A stretch of DNA of 64,000 nucleotides from Octopus bimaculoides (taxonomy: Eukaryota): the NCBI RefSeq assembly GCF_001194135.2, contig NC_068992.1, forward strand, positions 25,642,110-25,706,109, read 5' to 3'. The position numbers and the translations under genes were made by a program. Numbering within the stretch: position 1 is the stretch's first letter; every line of letters begins with the position of its first letter. The notes under the pieces are model-generated. The model was not told the origin of the DNA. It searched no databases and was given only the letters and a program-made list of their open reading frames with translations. Positions 25,633 through 37,916 of this stretch are shown in pieces.

Positions 25633-27000
25633 ATTTACGGAAGACAGAAGTAGAAGCCAAGTGAAGCAACACGAAGCAGATGTGTTAATTTGACGCTTAG
25701 GAAGAATGGAAAATTCATTGACGTTTCGAACCTACTTTCTACGACAGAAAGTGTTGAGTGGCAAAAAAAAAATGGAGAAAGAACGAAATAAAACGGAGAG
25801 AGAAACAATATGCAGGGATTAATGGTTCAGCATTTATGTGTCTATATGTACATGTATGCATGTATATATACATATGTGTGTAAATATATATCTGTGCATA
25901 CTTTTATATGTTTGTCAAATGATGCATGTTTATATGCGTCAAAATATGTATGTGGTTGTATCTGTCGTTTCTCAAGACACTTATCTTTAAACGCCGATTA
26001 CATGGAGATATGTGCTCTAGGTTAGCTTTGATCTAAGGAAAGTCGTATGTCATGCAGAACGTTACTTTAATATTACTGACCTTTCATTAGCAATAACACA
26101 GACGTCACATCTGTAAGATAACAAAGTTATAGTGTATTAGTTAAATTGGGTTAATATACACAAGGCGGGTAGCATATATTTTGCTTTACACTTTGCTAAT
26201 AAAAAACGTTTTTTGACGACAAAATGAAAGACAAATATTGTGAGTCAATGTTTATTATCATATATAAACGAAAGAAATACCCTTGTTGTTTCGAAGCTCG
26301 ATTCCAACCAGGGCGTTTTGGGTTTTAAGCATGAGATATTTATTTCGTTCTCGGTTCACAATAATTTATATTTGGGATAGTGCAGACGGAAATATTGCGG
26401 ATTGTGGTCGTATACACACACCTCGCGCCTCACAAACTTATATCTCTGTGTGGGTGAGCGTTCATCGTTTATACGTATATAGATATGTATGTTTATTGTT
26501 TAGACGTATATAGATATGTATGTGTGTATATATATGTGTGTGTGTGCGCGCGCGCCCGTGTACATATATTTATATATATAATACATTTATAATATAACAA
26601 TAATTTATACAGATTGAGAGGGAGAAAGACAGACCAACAGAATGTAGAATAGAAAATATCCAAATATTTTCTGTTTTGCTACGCCGTTTGTTTTAGCGAT
26701 TGTAAACAATTGTCTCACACAATGTATCCCTTAATAAAAATAAAATAAAACAGCTATAAACGTGCTTCGTTCATAACTCGAAATGTCCTTGAGAACTGCG
26801 TGAATTGAGTACCTTTCGATTTAGATACAGCTGAAAAATCTGCTAAACGAGCTAAATTTAACTGGATAAAGCGCTTTATATTCTTTTATTCTCGCATATT
26901 TTTCAGTCTTAAAGCTATGGCCAATCTGAGGTATCAAAATGTTTTATGCAGCGTTAAAGAGTACAGTATAGCTATATTCACAGAGGCTTGTGACATTGCT
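23950..27000 (+). pseudogene. Decayed LRR ectodomain remnant
   Basis: NNMIGEIHHRD (~24190), AFNTCYALEML (25357), SSIPTRAFWVLSMRYL (~26295) and LLNELNLTG (~26840); broken by a gap, a SINE and microsatellites. Confidence 0.4.
24729..25045 (+). mobile_element. tRNA-derived SINE family C, near full length
   Basis: tgaaggcgtgtgacttagtggttagggcattcgg...gagttcgattcccgg (A/B boxes); tail ccctgagaactacgttaggggtacacgtgtctgt...accgacggcgtgc. Confidence 0.9.
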
Positions 27001-28544
27001 CGAATGAACTATAGAACACAGCTGGAGGTATATATTGTGCCTAGTGGTTGATAAGTATTCCAGTATGAATCGGAACGCTGTTCCATCTCATTTTCTATCC
27101 ATGGACGGAAACGCAAACGTTCACCCAACAATACACACACACACACGTAAATATGCATATAAAATAAACACATACACGCACGCACATTTACATTTATACA
27201 TATATGTACGTGTGTCTGCGTGTGTATGTGTGTGTATGTGTAGTTGTCTGTTCGTGCATGTGTGTGTGTGTGCATTTGTCCTATAGTTCATTTTATGATA
27301 GTTATGAAATAGGATCCTGCTAATGAATACCCAGTTGATTCGTGCAGTTTAGTTAATCCATTATATTAAAATTCTAATGCTTTTATATANNNNNNNNNNN
27401 NNNNNNNNNNNNNNNNNNNNNNNNNNNNNNNNNNNNNNNNNNNNNNNNNNNNNNNNNNNNNNNNNNNNNNNNNNNNNNNNNNNNNNNNNNNNNNNNNNNN
27501 NNNNNNNNNNNNNNNNNNNNNNNNNNNNNNNNNNNNNNNNNNNNNNNNNNNNNNNNNNNNNNNNNNNNNNNNNNNNNNNNNNNNNNNNNNNNNNNNNNNN
27601 NNNNNNNNNNNNNNNNNNNNNNNNNNNNNNNNNNNNNNNNNNNNNNNNNNNNNNNNNNNNNNNNNNNNNNNNNNNNNNNNNNNNNNNNNNNNNNNNNNNN
27701 NNNNNNNNNNNNNNNNNNNNNNNNNNNNNNNNNNNNNNNNNNNNNNNNNNNNNNNNNNNNNNNNNNNNNNNNNNNNNNNNNNNNNNNNNNNNNNNNNNNN
27801 NNNNNNNNNNNNNNNNNNNNNNNNNNNNNNNNNNNNNNNNNNNNNNNNNNNNNNNNNNNNNNNNNNNNNNNNNNNNNNNNNNNNNNNNNNNNNNNNNNNN
27901 NNNNNNNNNNNNNNNNNNNNNNNNNNNNNNNNNNNNNNNNNNNNNNNNNNNNNNNNNNNNNNNNNNNNNNNNNNNNNNNNNNNNNNNNNNNNNNNNNNNN
28001 NNNNNNNNNNNNNNNNNNNNNNNNNNNNNNNNNNNNNNNNNNNNNNNNNNNNNNNNNNNNNNNNNNNNNNNNNNNNNNNNNNNNNNNNNNNNNNNNNNNN
28101 NNNNNNNNNNNNNNNNNNNNNNNNNNNNNNNNNNNNNNNNNNNNNNNNNNNNNNNNNNNNNNNNNNNNNNNNNNNNNNNNNNNNNNNNNNNNNNNNNNNN
28201 NNNNNNNNNNNNNNNNNNNNNNNNNNNNNNNNNNNNNNNNNNNNNNNNNNNNNNNNNNNNNNNNNNNNNNNNNNNNNNNNNNNNNNNNNNNNNNNNNNNN
28301 NATATATATGCATACATATATATTTACATATTTGACCTGGTGGCCATAACCCGAATCTTCACGACCAACAATGATGCGATGAACCCAACACAACAACACA
28401 CCATGAAATGTTTTAAAATATTAAAAATTAAGCGTCAGCATACACAAACAACATACATACAAACAACTATATAGGTACAAATAAATTAATACTACACTAG
28501 ACGGGCAATGAAAATATTTACAAAAGTAAAATATATACAGTTTT

Positions 28545-28770
28545 GAAATTTGGATTCCGAAATTTGGTTTCATAAACTTGATTTCATAAATTTGGATTCA
28601 AAAATTTGCTTTCATTGGATTTATAAATTTGGTTTCGCTGGATTCATAAATTTGGATTCCGAAATTTGGATTCCAATATTTGGTTTCATAAATTTTGTGT
28701 CATAAATTTGGATTCCGAACGTTGGTTTCATAAATTTGGTTTTCGAAATTCGGGTTCCGAAATTTGGACC
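28545..28770. repeat. 14-bp minisatellite AATTTGG(A/T)TTC(A/C)(T/G)A, about 16 units
   Basis: aatttggattccga and aatttggtttcata variants in tandem, with no unique spacers. Confidence 0.9.
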
Positions 28771-29719
28771 TAAACATAAACAAATCTAATATCAAAGCAA
28801 CCATTTAAACTAAAAGTTCATGAAACAAAGTGACTGTCAGACCACATTAATAATTATAGATAAAAAATAAATAGTCAAGCAAATAATCTAGTTTGCTTTA
28901 AATTCAGACAAACAGCTTCATAAAAGCATGCTGACTAACCATTAGACAAAATTTATAGTTTAGTTGTCTAATGCTAAAAAGTGGCTACATGAAAATTTAA
29001 ATTCATATAACCTCTAGCTATTTGTACAAATATTTAAACATTTATCTTAACAGAAAATAGCTAGCAAAATTACTACACAAGCTACTACAAATACAGGCTT
29101 CAAAATTCATGTAAATATTACAACATAACTTAAGAGATTGATTAATCACCTAGGAGTAACACAGAAATTATTTAAATCTCACAAGCAAATGTTCTGGCGA
29201 GTTCCTGGAGGATAAAATAAATCCATAAATGCCTAACACAAAGCACAAAGTTCATAAACTAAACAGGCAATCATAGCTTCCAGAATTCAATTGAACTACC
29301 TTCCCTCACAGAAAAAAAAAACACTTTAACTGTCACAAAACTGAGTGTACAATTCTCTTTGCTTATAAAGATTTGCTACGGTATAGGCAAAAGTTAGAGT
29401 TTCACAGTTTGGCTATTGTCACCTAACTTCCCTCATTTTGACAATGGACTTCATCCTGACTTTACAGTACAGCATGCACAACTGTGTGTTTACCTGTTAA
29501 AACTGCTCAATAATGATATTTATAAGCAGAGATAAATTGTACATTCAGTTTTATGACAGTTAAAACAGGTATAACTTTTAATAAAACCTTAATTTCCTTA
29601 CAATATATANNNNNNNNNNNNNNNNNNNNNNNNNNNNNNATATATATGTATATATAAGGTTGCCAAAAGATATATATATATGTGTGTGTGTGTGTTTATA
29701 TATATATATATATATATAT

Positions 29720-29809
<90 letters not shown>

Positions 29810-30602
29810 CTTTTGGCATCCTTGTATCCCTGTTGTTTAATCAACAACTTTCAAGCTGGCATAAGCTTTTACCTTCGCACATACAGTATGTTGTGTGAGA
29901 AATAATTTCTATTCCTAGCAAAGTTTATAAGAACATAGAGATGCATATTCCGTTTTTGTTTTCCTTTTTAAAAATAACGAAAGTCTTAGCTACTAAATAT
30001 ATAGACACTAAATAAATAGACCATTTTTTTCTGACCATTAAAAGCTTTTGAATTTATCTTCGATATTCAAACTTTCGACGCGTTTCCTTTCATTCATATA
30101 TCGCTAAAGTGAACACATTGCTTGACGCATTCAAATCCAGAATACATACGAATCAATAGCAAAACGTGGTCATCGGAGTGTATAATTTCATGGCAAATAG
30201 CAACACGACATTTCTCCTACACAATATAGATTAATTCTATTCTAATTATTATAAATTTAAATTGTTTTTCGCTGGAAACTTATTAATACAAATCTTGCAT
30301 TCAATGAGAACACAAAGCCTTCAGAATTAAGTACGCGATAATATTTGTCATTGTATGCCTCATACAATAAAACAGAAAGTTTCCACGAATACTCAGCGTT
30401 CCAAACCTCCCAAAGGCTGTCAGTGTTCATCACCGTGTGAGTTATTACCTCTTGTGCAATCTGCAACTACAGGGCAATCCCTCAGTGGAGAAATAGTTTA
30501 GGTAAACAGCTATAACATTCAACACCTTAAAGTTTATGCCCACCAAACTATATCCTTCTTAGATCATAATAAGGAGCCTTATAGAAAAGTAGGGGCGCGT
30601 AA

Positions 30603-30848
30603 AAGGCCGCGAGCTGGCAGAAACGTTAGCACGCAGAGACGTCAGCACGCAGAAACGTTTAGCAGTATTTCGTCTGCCGTTACGTTCTGAGTTCAAATTC
30701 CGTCGAGGTCGATTTTGCCTTTCATCCTTTTGGAGTCGATAAATTAAGTACCAGTTACGCACTGGGGTCGATATAATCGACTTAATCCCTTTGTCTCTTC
30801 TTGTTTGTCCCCCCTATGTTTATCCCCTTGTGGGCAGTAAAGAAATAA
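30603..30848 (+). mobile_element. SINE family B, full length
   Basis: aaggccgcgagctggcagaaacgttagcacgc...ccccttgtgggcagtaaagaaataag. Confidence 0.92.
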
Positions 30849-30854
30849 GAATAG

Positions 30855-31005
30855 TAGAGGCACTTGTTTTAGGGCTTGCAGTGTTGGATTCATGACTGAG
30901 ATTGTTGTTTCGATTCCAGAAATGGGTGAGTCATTGTGTTATTCAGCAAAACACTTCATTTGACGATGCTCCAATCCACTCAGCCGGCAAAAATGGGTAA
31001 TTCTG
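30855..31005 (+). mobile_element. SINE family C-like, old copy
   Basis: gtttcgattcc B-box and tgctccaatccactcagccggcaaaaatgggtaa. Confidence 0.6.
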
Positions 31006-31436
31006 TGACGTATCGACGTCCCGGCCAGTTCGGGTATTTATACGTCTTGGAAACTGGGCCACCCACCCTTATGTGTCATCATGATTCGAGAAGTTGACCT
31101 TAACCTTTCTTGTACTTTACCTTATAGTAGTAAAAAAAAAACAATTGGTAAAAATCATTTGCTAAATATCGTTCCTTTATAGAAATATGAATATTTCTAA
31201 GACTCTCTAAAGGAGACTACGGCAGCGGTTCCTTTATACTTCTCCTTGAACATGCAAAATTGTATGATAATCCCCATTTTTTAATTTAGTTCTCTCAAGC
31301 AGATTCCCATTAGTGTGACCTTAACTGAATTTGCTTAGGGATGTAGGGTCAGCTTTCTATGCTTTTAACAGCCACACTCAATCTTTCATACAAGAACAGA
31401 ATTGACTGAAGTTTCTGAAAAGAATTTCAACAGACA

Positions 31437-31828
31437 CAGGAGTGGCTGTGTGGTAAGTAGCTTGCCCACAAACCACATGGTTTCGGGTTCAGGCCCACTG
31501 CGTGATACCTTGGGCAAGTGTCTTCTACTATAGCCTCGAGCAGACCAAAGCCTTGTGAGCGGATTTGGTAGACAGAAACCGAAAGAAGCCCGTCGTATAT
31601 ATGTATATGTATATATATACATGCGTGTTTGTGTGTGTGTTTATCCCTCCAACATTGCTTGACAACCGATGCTGGTGTGTTTACGTCCTCGTGATCCAGC
31701 GTTGCGGCAAAAGAGACCGATAGAATAAGTACTAGACTTACAAAGGATAAGTCCTGGGGTCGATTTGCTCGACTAAAGGCAGTGCTCCAGCATGGCCGCA
31801 GTCAAATCACTGAAACAAGTAAAAGAGA
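31437..31828 (+). mobile_element. SINE family A, full length
   Basis: caggagtggctgtgtggtaag...ggttcaggcccactgcg head, central microsatellite and tail ctccagcatggccgcagtcaaatcactgaaacaagtaaaaga. Confidence 0.92.
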
Positions 31829-32459
31829 TACACAGGTTCTGCAACAGTCCATATGAAAAGTAGGTGGTGTATCTACAATATGTCACTGGCTTATATTCGA
31901 TGTATTTCACCGCGATTTCTATTGTCTCAGATGTAATAAAAGTTCTAAATTTTTGCACAAGGCCAGCAATATCGGGCTGGGGATAAAGTATACAGGTAAT
32001 TTTCTCCTAAGCCGAATTTGAATAAAGTATGAAATTCGTGCTAACAAATTCTGTTAATCGCTGCTTTTGTCTTAAATGTAATAATATCAGAGTTTAGTTG
32101 CAATCTTACTTTCTGGAGTCTGCGAGCAAATGCAGCCAATTGTCCAGCAGGGAAGAGCAGATAAATTAAGCGCATGCATTAATGAAAACCCACATTTGCA
32201 GACGATAAACGTACTGTATCTCTACCAAAATATGTGTTGCATATGTTATATGTAATTTAACGATAAATTTATCTTGATGATTACAGGTAATGTCTGAAAC
32301 ATCTCGCTTGTAAATACGGGCGTCTATTTTAACTTCCTCTTCATGTTATTGAATCTAGATTTCATTTGTGTTTGTTATGGGATTCATTTCAGACAGTAAG
32401 GCGAGATGCGTTCCATCCTCTTCTTTTTCTTCTTCTTTTCCTTATCTTTCTCCTCTTTC

Positions 32460-32619
32460 TCGTTTCTTCTTCTTCTTCTTCTTCTTCTTCTTCTTCTTCT
32501 TCTTCTTCTTCTTCTTCTTCTTCTTCTTCTTCTTCTTCTTCTTCTTCTTCTTCTTCTCATCCCCATCATCATCAGTATCAGCAGCGGCATCGATGTTATT
32601 ATCATCATCACCATCATCA

Positions 32620-32668
<49 letters not shown>

Positions 32669-32684
32669 CATTATTATTATTATT
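32460..32684. repeat. (TTC)n plus (CAT/ATT)n microsatellites
   Basis: Pure trinucleotide runs. Confidence 0.97.
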
Positions 32685-32895
32685 GAAGGCGATATGCTGG
32701 CAGCATCCTTAGAACATTGCGCAAATGCTAAGTGGCATTTCCTCCACTTTTACGCTCTGAGTTCAAATTCCAGTGAGGTCGACTTTACCTTTCATCCCTT
32801 CGAGGTCGTTAACATAAGTACCAGTTATACACTAGGGTTGATGTAGTCGACTCGTCCCCTCCCATAAATTTGCTGTCCTCGTGGCAAAATATGAA
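32685..32895 (+). mobile_element. SINE family B
   Basis: gaaggcgatatgctggcagcatccttag...ctgagttcaaattcc...aagtaccagttatacactagggttgat. Confidence 0.85.
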
Positions 32896-32904
32896 ACTAT
32901 TATT

Positions 32905-33056
32905 ATTATTGTTCCATATTTAAGAGATGAGGAATTGTGTACAATGTTTACATTATTTACATTATTTAGCATTGACAAATATTTGTCTTCATATTGTTTG
33001 TTGTTAACACAACGTTTCGGCTGATATATCCTCCAGCCTTCTTCAGATGTCTTGGG
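32905..33056 (-). mobile_element. SINE family E 3' tail (inverted, hammerhead-bearing)
   Basis: Reverse complement matches 33240-33345 and 57395-57500. Confidence 0.85.
33006..33051 (-). ncRNA. Minimal type I hammerhead ribozyme motif
   Basis: GACAU CUGAAGA A GGCUG-loop-CAGCC GAAA CGUU GUGUU: intact core, 5-bp stem II, stem I with wobbles, palindromic ACGU stem III. Confidence 0.7.
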
Positions 33057-33126
33057 CATATGGTGTAGTGGTTAAGAGCGTGGGCTATTAACCCCAAGAT
33101 TCCGATTTCGATTCCAAGCAGTGACA

Positions 33127-33166
<40 letters not shown>

Positions 33167-33345
33167 TAATAATAATAATTATTATTATTATTATATCGAA
33201 GAATACCTTAGGAACGAGAACCCAGGTTCGAAATTTCCCCAAGACAACTGAAGAAGGCTGGAGGGTACATCAGCCGAAACGTTGTGTTAACAACAAACAA
33301 GATGAGAACAAATATCCGTCGAATGTAAATAATGTAAATAATAAT
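33054..33345 (+). mobile_element. tRNA-headed SINE family E, full length: head, (AAT)n, hammerhead tail
   Basis: gggcatatggtgtagtggttaagagcgtgggct...ttcgattcc (A/B boxes), AAT tract, then ccttaggaacgagaacccaggttcgaaatttcccc... Confidence 0.88.
33243..33288 (+). ncRNA. Minimal type I hammerhead ribozyme motif (stem I mismatch)
   Basis: GACAA CUGAAGA A GGCUG GAGGGUACAU CAGCC GAAA CGUU GUGUU. Confidence 0.62.
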
Positions 33346-35231
33346 AATAATTGTTATTACTATTGTTGTTGTTATTATTTTGATATTTTCTATTGAGTTT
33401 CACATGGAAAAAAATAAGAGGAAATATAGCTACACAATTCAGATTATATCACTAGAATGGTTTCTCGTAGTCACACTTCCTACTTGATGAAATACACTAG
33501 TTCACTCTCCCTAAACCGAGAATCTGCCGTCAACATTATTAAAAAAAGGAAAAGTAAAATACGTTCTGGAAAATGTAGTCTTTAATATAATATTATCCCA
33601 TCGCAGCTGATCTTATTCGAAAGAGTATCAACAATGAGTAGGATACGCTCAGATTTATTCGGAAATATGAACTACCAACGTAAGTAAAGTCATATAATAT
33701 CGTCCTTATTATCCGGCAAATACATATATGGTATTTCTTTATATCACTTATAATTTTCCTCACATCGTCTGAATTCTGAAGGTCAGTTCACCAACATCGG
33801 ATTCATACATGACGCATTCATTTCATTCTAATCATTTATATGTATTATAATGAACACCCATTTGTATGCATATCATAAGCATTTGTGTACATGCGTGACT
33901 ATGGGCGAGTATGTGTGTTCATGTCTATCTGTATTCTTGTGAGATGAAATAAATGTAATAGCACACAGATGTGTTACAATACATTGTAAGTTTAATGCAT
34001 ATGTATACGCACGTAAGTTTTAATGTAGATGTCTCGATAACGCAGAGCTAATCTAAAATTGCAATACGCGTCTATAAAGAGCTCATGCCTTCAAAAACAT
34101 ATAGACCCACACACACACACATACATATATATAGTCGCTGTGAAAAAGAAAGAAAGAAAGTGAAAGGAAGATACAGATAGATATATAGATGCACGTAGGA
34201 TTTCCTGTGATACAATTAGAAATATTGAATTAAAATTTAAAAGAATCCAATTACATTTCTGAAGATTAATTTTTTTCTCTCTCCTTCGCTCTTAATCACT
34301 CTTTCTTGCACTATTTCCAAAATTTTATTCAGTTGCATGTATGCGCACTATGACATAAAGTATACATACATCTGCACACACAAACACAGGTATCTATTTG
34401 TATTTATATATATATATATATATATNNNNNNNNNNNNNNNNNNNNNNNNNNNNNNNNNNNNNNNNNNNNNNNNNNNNNNNNNNNNNNNNNNNNNNNNNNN
34501 NNNNNNNNNNNNNNNNNNNNNNNNNNNNNNNNNNNNNNNNNNNNNNNNNNNNNNNNNNNNNNNNNNNNNNNNNNNNNNNNNNNNNNNNNNNNNNNNNNNN
34601 NNNNNNNNNNNNNNNNNNNNNNNNNNNNNNNNNNNNNNNNNNNNNNNNNNNNNNNNNNNNNNNNNNNNNNNNNNNNNNNNNNNNNNNNNNNNNNNNNNNN
34701 NNNNNNNNNNNNNNNNNNNNNNNNNNNNNNNNNNNNNNNNNNNNNNNNNNNNNNNNNNNNNNNNNNNNNNNNNNNNNNNNNNNNNNNNNNNNNNNNNNNN
34801 NNNNNNNNNNNNNNNNNNNNNNNNNNNNNNNNNNNNNNNNNNNNNNNNNNNNNNNNNNNNNNNNNNNNNNNNNNNNNNNNNNNNNNNNNNNNNNNNNNNN
34901 NNNNNNNNNNNNNNNNNNNNNNNNNNNNNNNNNNNNNNNNNNNNNNNNNNNNNNNNNNNNNNNNNNNNNNNNNNNNNNNNNNNNNNNNNNNNNNNNNNNN
35001 NNNNNNNNNNNNNNNNNNNNNNNNNNNNNNNNNNNNNNNNNNNNNNNNNNNNNNNNNNNNNNNNNNNNNNNNNNNNNNNNNNNNNNNNNNNNNNNNNNNN
35101 NNNNNNNNNNNNNNNNNNNNNNNNNNNNNNNNNNNNNNNNNNNNNNNNNNNNNNNNNNNNNNNNNNNNNNNNNNNNNNNNNNNNNNNNNNNNNNNNNNNN
35201 NNNNNNNNNNNNNNNNNNNNNNNNNATATGC

Positions 35232-35804
35232 ATATTTATCATTCAATAATAGGATAAAATCCTTATAAGAATTTATCAAGTAGCTTGCGTGAAAAAACCT
35301 CATAATGGAAAAATCCATCATATATAAAATATATTTACTTATATAAGGGCATTTCTATACATGAATGCCTCATGCTAGGAGGGACTCTAAGGTCAAACTA
35401 CCATAATAAACACATTTTTACCGAACGCGAGGAAATACAACTCTCAAAACTTGCCCCCTAAAAACAGACTAAAATGTTGGTCTTGATTTCGTAATTATTG
35501 CAGTAATATGCACCTATTACTCATCAGTACAGTATGGTCAAGACACATAAAAATAAACAAAAATCAATATACCAGACGAACACTTCATGTATTCCGTATA
35601 GTGCATAGAAGATTGTTTATCGCTATATATCTATGAAAAAGGTGGACTTTTTGAATTGCATCTCGGTACAAGTGTTTTTTCAGAATAACATTCAGCACTA
35701 AATATATTATGGTTATATTTATCATTCAATAATAGGATAAAGTCTTTATAAGAGTTTATCAAATAGCTAGCGTGAAAAAACCTCATAAGGGAAAAATCCA
35801 TCAT
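35232..35804 (-). mobile_element. Direct-repeat-bounded element (about 90-bp repeats, 483-bp period) with a hammerhead-like core; possibly Penelope-like or retrozyme-like
   Basis: 35232-35321 resembles 35715-35804; the minus strand at 35480-35544 reads CUGAUGA GUAAU...AUUAC GAAA. Confidence 0.5.
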
Positions 35805-35958
35805 TTTATTAAGCGTGGTACTTACTCTATCGGTCTATTTTGCCAGACGGTTAAGTTACATCAACACTGGTTGTCAAACGGTGGGGAGGGAAAAACACAG
35901 GCATAAAGTCATACATACAGATGCACAGACCCAAACACACACACACACACAAACACAC

Positions 35959-36004
<46 letters not shown>

Positions 36005-36734
36005 NNNNNNNNNNNNNNNNNNNNNNNNNNNNNNNNNNNNNNNNNNNNNNNNNNNNNNNNNNNNNNNNNNNNNNNNNNNNNNNNNNNNNNNNNNNNNNNN
36101 NNNNNNNNNNNNNNNNNNNNNNNNNNNNNNNNNNNNNNNNNNNNNNNNNNNNNNNNNNNNNNNNNNNNNNNNNNNNNNNNNNNNNNNNNNNNNNNNNNNN
36201 NNNNNNNNNNNNNNNNNNNNNNNNNNNNNNNNNNNNNNNNNNNNNNNNNNNNNNNNNNNNNNNNNNNNNNNNNNNNNNNNNNNNNNNNNNNNNNNNNNNN
36301 NNNNNNNNNNNNNNNNNNNNNNNNNNNNNNNNNNNNNNNNNNNNNNNNNNNNNNNNNNNNNNNNNNNNTGTGTGTGTGTGTGTGTGTGTTTCTATGTATG
36401 CATGTATAATGCTATTCAGTTTTACGTCATGATTTCTTGTCAATAGAAAACGAGCCGTTTTAAACCTAGATCCACGGCTCCTTCATTGGAATTTCAAAAA
36501 CACTAATAGAGTATTTCTCCATGTTAAGGTGTATGGATGCAGTAGCTGGAGTCAGCTCATATGTAGCGTTGTGTGTTTATTATTATATATGTATTCTCAT
36601 GCACACAGTTGCATTTCTAGTCATGCGCTGTTATACACAAATGGTAAATTTCTGGAGTGCTTTACAAATTATTTTCAGTTCCATTCATGGCTTGAATTTA
36701 TAACCTACAAATTGACTGTCTGTCCGTCTGTCTG

Positions 36735-36758
36735 CCTGCCTTTCTATCTGTATGTATG

Positions 36759-36789
<31 letters not shown>

Positions 36790-37130
36790 CCATGTATGTA
36801 ACCATGTATGTATGTAGGTGTGTTTTATGCATGCATGTATATACATGTATGCATGCATGCATGTATTAGGTACGCATGCATGTATGTATTAAGTACGCAG
36901 GTAGTTAAGTAGGTAGTTAGGTAAGTACATAGGTAGATAAGAAGCTACATAGGTAGGCAGGCAGCTAGGTAGGCACGTAGGTAGCTAGGTATATATGTAT
37001 GTATGTATGCATGTATGTAGGTAGGTAGGTAGGCAGGTAGGTAGGCAGGCAGGCAGGTAGGTAGGCAGGTAGGTAGGTAGGTAGGTAGGTAGGTAGGTAT
37101 GCAGGCAGGCAGGCAGGTACGTACGTAGAT
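36735..37130. repeat. (TATG)n/(TAGG)n/(CAGG)n tetranucleotide complex
   Basis: Direct tandem tetramers. Confidence 0.95.
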
Positions 37131-37473
37131 GGGTATAAACGTGTACATGTTTTTGTGTGCCTGATAATGTGGTGCAATTTTTTTCTTTCAATCAATTATT
37201 GAAATCACCACTGTGTTCTACCTTTGTCTAATGTTTTTTCTCTCGTTACCGCACGATTTCCTTTCTACATTTCTGAAACAGAAAGATTCTCAGACACAAC
37301 ATACTTTCATGATTTTTGGTCTTTTATACACAATGCCATCTTATCTTGGAAGTTTTAACACAGCAGCAAGATCTATAGATGGTGTAGAGAATTTGATGTA
37401 GAGATTACTCGAAAACATTGAAAGTTGAATGTAAATTTTTAATGTTATTATTAAGGCTTTATGTTATTATTTA

Positions 37474-37670
37474 AGGCAGTGAGCTGGCTGAACATTTAGC
37501 ACGTTGAGAAAAATGCTTAGCAGTATTCAGAGTTCAAATTCTACCGATGTCGACTTTGCCTTTCATCCTTTCGGGTTCCGTTGAAAAAGTACCAGTTACG
37601 CACTGGGTTCCATAAAATCGACTAGCTCTCTCTCACACAAAATTTCGGGCTTTGTGCGTATAGTGCTAAG
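37474..37670 (+). mobile_element. SINE family B
   Basis: aaggcagtgagctggctgaacatttagcacg...gtcgactttgcctttcatcctttcggg. Confidence 0.85.
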
Positions 37671-37881
37671 TATTATAAAGACTTTATTTATGATTAAATA
37701 GTGCTCTCCTTACGAATTCTCTGGTTTCGTAGTTGTGGGTATTTATTCTTTCAAGAAACCAATTCTGTTACGAGGCATCGTTTTTGGCATAAATATGTTC
37801 TTTTATCAGAAATACACGCGAATGACACACAAACACCCACTTACATACATATGTGCGTGTGTATGTGTGTGTGTGTGTGTG

Positions 37882-37916
<35 letters not shown>

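Larger units (their letters stand above)
30100..33850 (+). pseudogene. Decayed Toll-like receptor (LRRs to TIR box 1)
   Basis: RILSVPNLPKAV and LQLQGNP (~30461), TVRRDAFHP (~32394), juxtamembrane-like IIRQIHIWYFF (~33710) and GFIHDAFISF (HDAFISF at 33808-33828); interrupted by several SINEs. Confidence 0.5.

Noticed and set aside
28330-28510. Helitron terminus
   Set aside because: A CTAG is present, but I see no convincing subterminal GC-rich hairpin.
28545-28770. CRISPR-like array
   Set aside because: Units are 14 bp, contiguous and lack unique spacers; eukaryotic context with no cas genes.
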